From positions 64,453 through 128,452 of the forward strand of contig CAVTWJ010000020.1 in assembly GCA_963738405.1 (NCBI GenBank): DNA of 64,000 nt, in the 5' to 3' direction. A model generated the notes under the pieces. It was given only the letters and a program-made list of their open reading frames with translations. It had not been told where the DNA came from and made no database searches. Positions within the stretch are counted from its first letter, which is position 1; the number at the start of each line of letters is the position of its first letter. Positions 59,634-64,000 of the stretch are shown here, piece by piece. This DNA is from a candidate division FCPU426 bacterium (lineage in GTDB: Bacteria > Oederibacteriota > Muellerivitia > Muellerivitales > Muellerivitaceae). The translations under genes were made by a program, and so were the position numbers.

Positions 59634-60167
59634 ATGTCATTGAACACACACTTTAAAATCCTATTCATGGGCACGTCGGACTTTGCCGTGCCCGCCCTGA
59701 GCGCCCTCCGTGGCGCCGGATACCCTGTTTGTTTGGTGGTCACCCAGCCGGACCGCCCCGCCGGAAGGGGATTGGGCCTCAAGGCCTCCCCGTTGAAAAT
59801 TGCGGCGGAGGGGCTTGGCTTGGCCGTGTTTCAACCGGAAAAGCTAAGGCATCCGGAAGCGCTGGAGATTTTAAAATCCCACCAGCCCGATGTGACGGTA
59901 GTGGCGGCTTATGGTCAGATCTTGCCCCTGGCGGTTCTTCAAGTCGCCCGGGTGACAAGCCTGAATATCCACGGATCGATCCTTCCCAAATACCGGGGAG
60001 CGGCCCCCATCCATTACGCCGTCATGGCGGGCGAAAAAGAAACCGGTGTCACGATCATGTACATGAATGAGAAGCTGGATGAGGGGGATATGCTGTTGAC
60101 GAAAAAAACACCCATCGGGCCCGAGGAAACGACAGGGGAAGTTCACGACCGGCTTTCCCAATTGGGG
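59634..60167 (+). CDS. fmt: Methionyl-tRNA formyltransferase, 3'-truncated at junction
   Basis: FMGTSDFA, VTQPDRPAGRG, NIHGSILPKYRGAAPI, LDEGD. Homology ends at ...HDRLSQLG. Confidence 0.92.
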
Positions 60168-62190
60168 GTTGGCCAGTTTCAAAAAGCGGTCGGCATAAAG
60201 ACAAAGATAACTTCCCAGGGACTCCAGCGAATCGTGCTTTGGATTCATCGCCCAGACAATTTCGTCCAGGGACGAGACCATGTGCGTCGCCCGGTCGCCA
60301 ATTTGAGCCAGATGCCGGGGGAATCCGGGCCGCGACCGGGCCGGCGGCCAACATGCCGATCTCGGTGAGGCTGGAGCCGAGCTCATCATGCAAATCCTGG
60401 GCGATGCGGGCGCGCTCCTGCTCCATGGCCCGGTGCTGTTCAATGCTCTGGCGTTTCTCGATTTGTTCCTTCAGCTGCAACCGTGCGTTCCTCAACTTTC
60501 CGATGGAGCTGGTTGATCCAGAGCACTGTCACCGCCAGGCCGCAGGCCAGCGCGCCCACGATGATCATGGCGAGGCGTTCGAGGCGTCCACCAAGGCGGT
60601 GCCGCGCCAACGCCTGGATATCCGGCGGTGGAATTGAGCAGCAGTTCAAAGAGGAAGTATTCACGTGGCCCGAATTGCCGTATGTTGGCCACGCCAGTAT
60701 CGAATACACCCCGGTAATTCCAACGGCATGCCGGGCTGGCAACGATCCGCGGAATGTTGGCGTACCATTCAGGCGCGCTTCAAAAGTGCGGCCTTCGGAT
60801 TGCTAGATCTCCAAAACTCATTTCGCGATGTCTTGCCACGCGCTCACGAGCACGCCTGTTACACGAACCAGGGTGGAATCCAAGTCCGCGCGGGTCAATT
60901 CGTCCGCCGGCGGCGCATCTGGCCCGCCGGCAACGGCGCCTGTCCCCGTCCTGCACACCACCGCCTCGCGCAACACCGGCGAGGCTCCGCCCGATTCGGG
61001 AAAACCCGAAACATCCACAAGGTCGCCCACCCGGACGCCGTTCAATTCGGTGGCCACAAACCGCAGGCCGTTGCTTCCGGCCATCAAGAAATTTTCCGTC
61101 TCGCCGAGATGAACCACCTGTCCCGACACGCAGACGCGCTGAAACAAACTGGCCTGCGGATCGAACAGCAGCAGCTCGGACGGCGTCCGGTGCGGAACCA
61201 AAAAAACGTCCGCCGTCGCCGGCTGTTCCACCGTCAGCGCCGGATCACAAAGGCGGATTTCGCCGACCGTGACCCGGTGCGTCTCCTGCTCCCATTGGGC
61301 GAACAAAACGCCTTCCAATAAAATCATGGAATTCACGTGACCCGCCAGTTCGCCGGTCACCACGCCGTCCCGCGTCAAAATGACCTTGATGACGCCATCC
61401 GGGGTGAGCAGGCTCGCGTCGCGTTCATTGGCCGCAATCACCACACCTTTGAGCCGGACATACTGCGCGTCCAAACTTCCATTGAGCAATTGATCCCAAG
61501 CCGGGAGAATCGGTTCGGGCAATTGTCCCGGACCTAAGCGCAGAATTTTTTTTGCTTCAATCGTCGGCGCGAAGTAGCCCGGATGCCGTGACGCCTTCGG
61601 CCTCGATGAAATCACCCAATTGCGGATAATTGGTGGTGAAAACATACAGGCCTCGCGTGGCATCCTGAACCACGATGCCGTGAAAGCGTGATTCGACGCC
61701 GGTGACCACGCCGCGAATTTTCGCCGGCAGCGACCGTTCCGCTTCCGCGCGCGACAAACGGTGGACCTCTTCAGCCGTCGTCAACAGTGGCGGTCCCGAA
61801 AAAATTTGTTTCGCCCGTCGCGGAAGGCGGCGGCGCGTCGAGGATTTTTACCTGCCGCCAACTGGATGCCTGGAGAACGTGAGGAACTCTCGACCCATCG
61901 GCATTGTATGCGCCCCGGCAAATCCCCGTGACACTCACCCACCGGTTCATCAAGCCGGCAGGAGCCAGTTCATTCGCTCCGCCACGACCACATTCAAGCG
62001 GGCGCTGCCCACGCTCAACTGCAATTGCGTCCCATCATCCGCCGGTTCAACCTGCGTCACCCGCCCCTCCACTTCCGCCAAAAAACCGTCTTCCTGCGCG
62101 TTCAGCAATTGGCCGATGAAAATCCGGCGTGGCGCGCGCGCATCATTGACACTCGCGCCGCCGGCTTGAACCAAATCCGCACGCGTTCCT
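60168..62190 (-). pseudogene. Multiply frameshifted fragment of a HisKA_3 sensor kinase with repeated OB-like extracellular modules (probably foreign, error-prone sequence)
   Basis: ERARIAQDLHDELGSSLT, LDEIVWAMNP.HDSLE and 'KIRGVVT...VVQDATRG' are spread over many ORF-track frames. The HATPase domain is missing. Confidence 0.75.
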
Positions 62191-62549
62191 GCCGCCATAA
62201 TAAAGACCAGACACAAGACGGAACACGCGCCGATCATATGGCGGGAAATGACCGGGTGCTTGCGCTGGAAATTCCCGCCAACAAACCAGCAGAGACACAG
62301 CATGGAAGATACAGCGGCAGCAATCTTCTTCAAAGCAAGAGAGGTCATACTCAACGATACAGCATCCAATCCTCTACCATCAGCACTGAAAGACTAGTAG
62401 AAGCGGTTATATTTTCGGGTCGGAGCGGAGGTGTTTTCGTTCGTGTTCATGTTTATGCTTCCATGTTCGCACAATCACACGCCTGCTGTCCACAGAATTC
62501 TGCCGGCCGGGTGGCCAGGGAGAGAGAGAGAAAAAAAAAAAAATTTTTT

Positions 62550-63662
62550 CTCGATCCTGAAGCCTTGACCATCGGCTTCGCCCGCCGCATGGCGACATAT
62601 AAACGAGCGACATTGATGATTCGCGATCTCAGATCGAGTGGCCGCAATTTTCAGCAACAAAGATCGTCCCGTACAAATCATCATGGCCGGCAAAGCTCAT
62701 CCTGAAGACACTCCGGCCAAAGAACTGATTCGCGAAGTGATTCACTTCTCGCGCCGCGAAGATGTGAAACGGCGATTTGTCTTTCTGGAAGACTACGACA
62801 TGAACGTGGCCCGCTGGATGGTCGGAAGGCGTTGATGTCTGGCTGAATACGCCCGGCGTTATCTGGAAGCTTCGGGAACCAGTCGGTATGAAGGTCGACT
62901 TCAATGGTGGCATCAACGTCAGCATTCTCGACGGTTGGTGGGATGAGGCCTACGAGCCAAATATCGGCTGGGCAATCGGCCACGGCGAAGTATACAGCGA
63001 TACGGACTATCAAGACGAAGTCGAATCCACTGCGCTTATACGATTTGCTGGAAAAAGAGATCATTCCCACCTTCTACGATCGCGATAAAGATGGCAGACC
63101 ACGGCATGGCTGGAACGCATGAAAGCGGCGCATGTTGCAAACTCTGTCCGGAGTTCAGCATCAATCGCATGGTGCGCGAATACGCTACTTGCGCACTTAC
63201 TTCCCGGCTCAAAGCCGGTCAGGAGTTTCAGAAACGGAGCCGGAAAAAGCCAAACAGCTCGGCCAATGGAAGGCACACCTCAACCGGCTGCTGGAGAGAG
63301 GTGTTCATCGATTCGGTTGAAGCTCGGCGGCAGACAAGCTGCAAGTCGGCGACGACATGCGAGTGCGAGCCTGGGTTCACCTGGGCGAGCTCACAGGAGA
63401 AGATGTGTGCAGTGCAGATTTATCACGGTCCGGTCGATCAGAACGGCGAACATTGCCGAAGGCGGAATCGTCCCGATGACCTACACCTTAACGAAGGCAG
63501 CAAAGGCGGGCTTAGCCCTCTTTAGCGGTGCCATTCGCTACTTCAAGAGCGGTCGTCACGGCTTCACCGTTCGCATCGTGCCGCACCACGACGATCTGGC
63601 TCACCCCGTTTGAAACGGGATTGCTGCACTGGGCATCGGATCCAGTGAACGTGACGGCATAA
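62550..63662 (+). pseudogene. glgP: Multiply frameshifted C-terminal part of glycogen/alpha-glucan phosphorylase
   Basis: LTIGFARRMATYKRA, AGKAHP, FLEDYDM, (EASGTS)MK..NG..N.SILDGWWDE and RMVREY are spread over several frames. Confidence 0.85.
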
Positions 63663-63875
63663 CAAAGATCCGTTCCCTGGGTGACTATTGATCCAATGCC
63701 GCAACCGGTTTCGGCTTCCGAGCCATGGCTGGCAGACGCCTTCTCAGGCCCAGGACTGTCCGCCAAAGCAGCATAATAAAACCTGGGCGGTTTTATCTGT
63801 CGCCGCTAGTCTCATGTACACTAAGGCGAAAATTCGCTCTGCCCTCGCGGTTTCATAATTCAATTTGTCAGCTTG

Positions 63876-64000
63876 GGCTAAGTCCTAAAAGGGATAAGTT
63901 TGAGCGAATTTTGTGCCATCTAAGACTTAGCGAAGTTTGTGAGCGAGGCTAAGTCCCATAAGGGATAAATTTGAGCGAATTTTATGCCATATAGGACGTA
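63876..64000. repeat. Two tandem copies (period 71 bp) of a ~55-bp imperfect palindrome, REP-like
   Basis: GGCTAAGTCCtAaAAGGGATAAgTTTGAGCGAATTTTgTGCCATcTAaGACtTA at 63876, and a variant copy at 63947. Copy 1 is bounded by GCTAAGTC...GACTTAGC. Confidence 0.75.

Noticed and set aside
59634..60368. Apparent Fmt with a novel C-terminal extension
   Set aside because: The extension is just the antisense of the kinase fragment beyond the chimeric junction.
60168..63662. Programmed frameshifting or true pseudogene decay in the kinase and glgP
   Set aside because: Dense indels with otherwise well-preserved motifs, confined to the tail, fit sequencing error better.
63876..64000. CRISPR array
   Set aside because: The unit is ~55 nt with a ~15-nt linker, only two divergent copies are present, and there are no cas genes.

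Overview
Bases 1 to ~60,167 are clean, gene-dense core chromosome of a diderm (LPS-making) bacterium. They carry two PilZ genes, skp-lpxD-lpxC/fabZ-lpxA-lpxI, lptFG, a LytS/LytTR pair, DUF2225-comF, gap-nfeD-SPFH-pgk-tpiA-secG, two LacI regulators, lnt, argC, tRNA-Glu, a cyclophilin, two paralogous CBM9-like/clan GH-A proteins, a TPR/coiled-coil protein, queA-tgt, gltBD, a FecR/beta-barrel/lipoprotein cluster, thiSGE and def-fmt. The most striking locus is 8.9-21.5 kb. There a LytS/LytTR system overlaps a 1968-aa SprA-like (type IX secretion translocon-like) gene that has an extra N-terminal Fn3 domain. Next comes a 1599-aa Fn3-repeat, Thr/Pro-rich protein ending in a T9SS-CTD/FlgD-Ig-like domain. 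The surroundings (sigma70-type TTGACA/TATAAT promoters, SD sites, DUF2225, PilZ) do not look like Bacteroidota. The style recalls candidate lineages such as FCPU426, but this is inference only. Other notable points are a probably catalytically dead GH paralog, two probable leaderless mRNAs, two probable internal translation starts, a terminator in the gltB leader and an in-frame TAA in an M50 peptidase. From ~60,168 onward fmt is cut off and followed by heavily frameshifted fragments of an unrelated sensor kinase and of a glycogen phosphorylase, joined through low-complexity sequence. This tail is most likely a chimeric or low-accuracy read artefact. All assignments come from motif recognition by eye; no searches were run.
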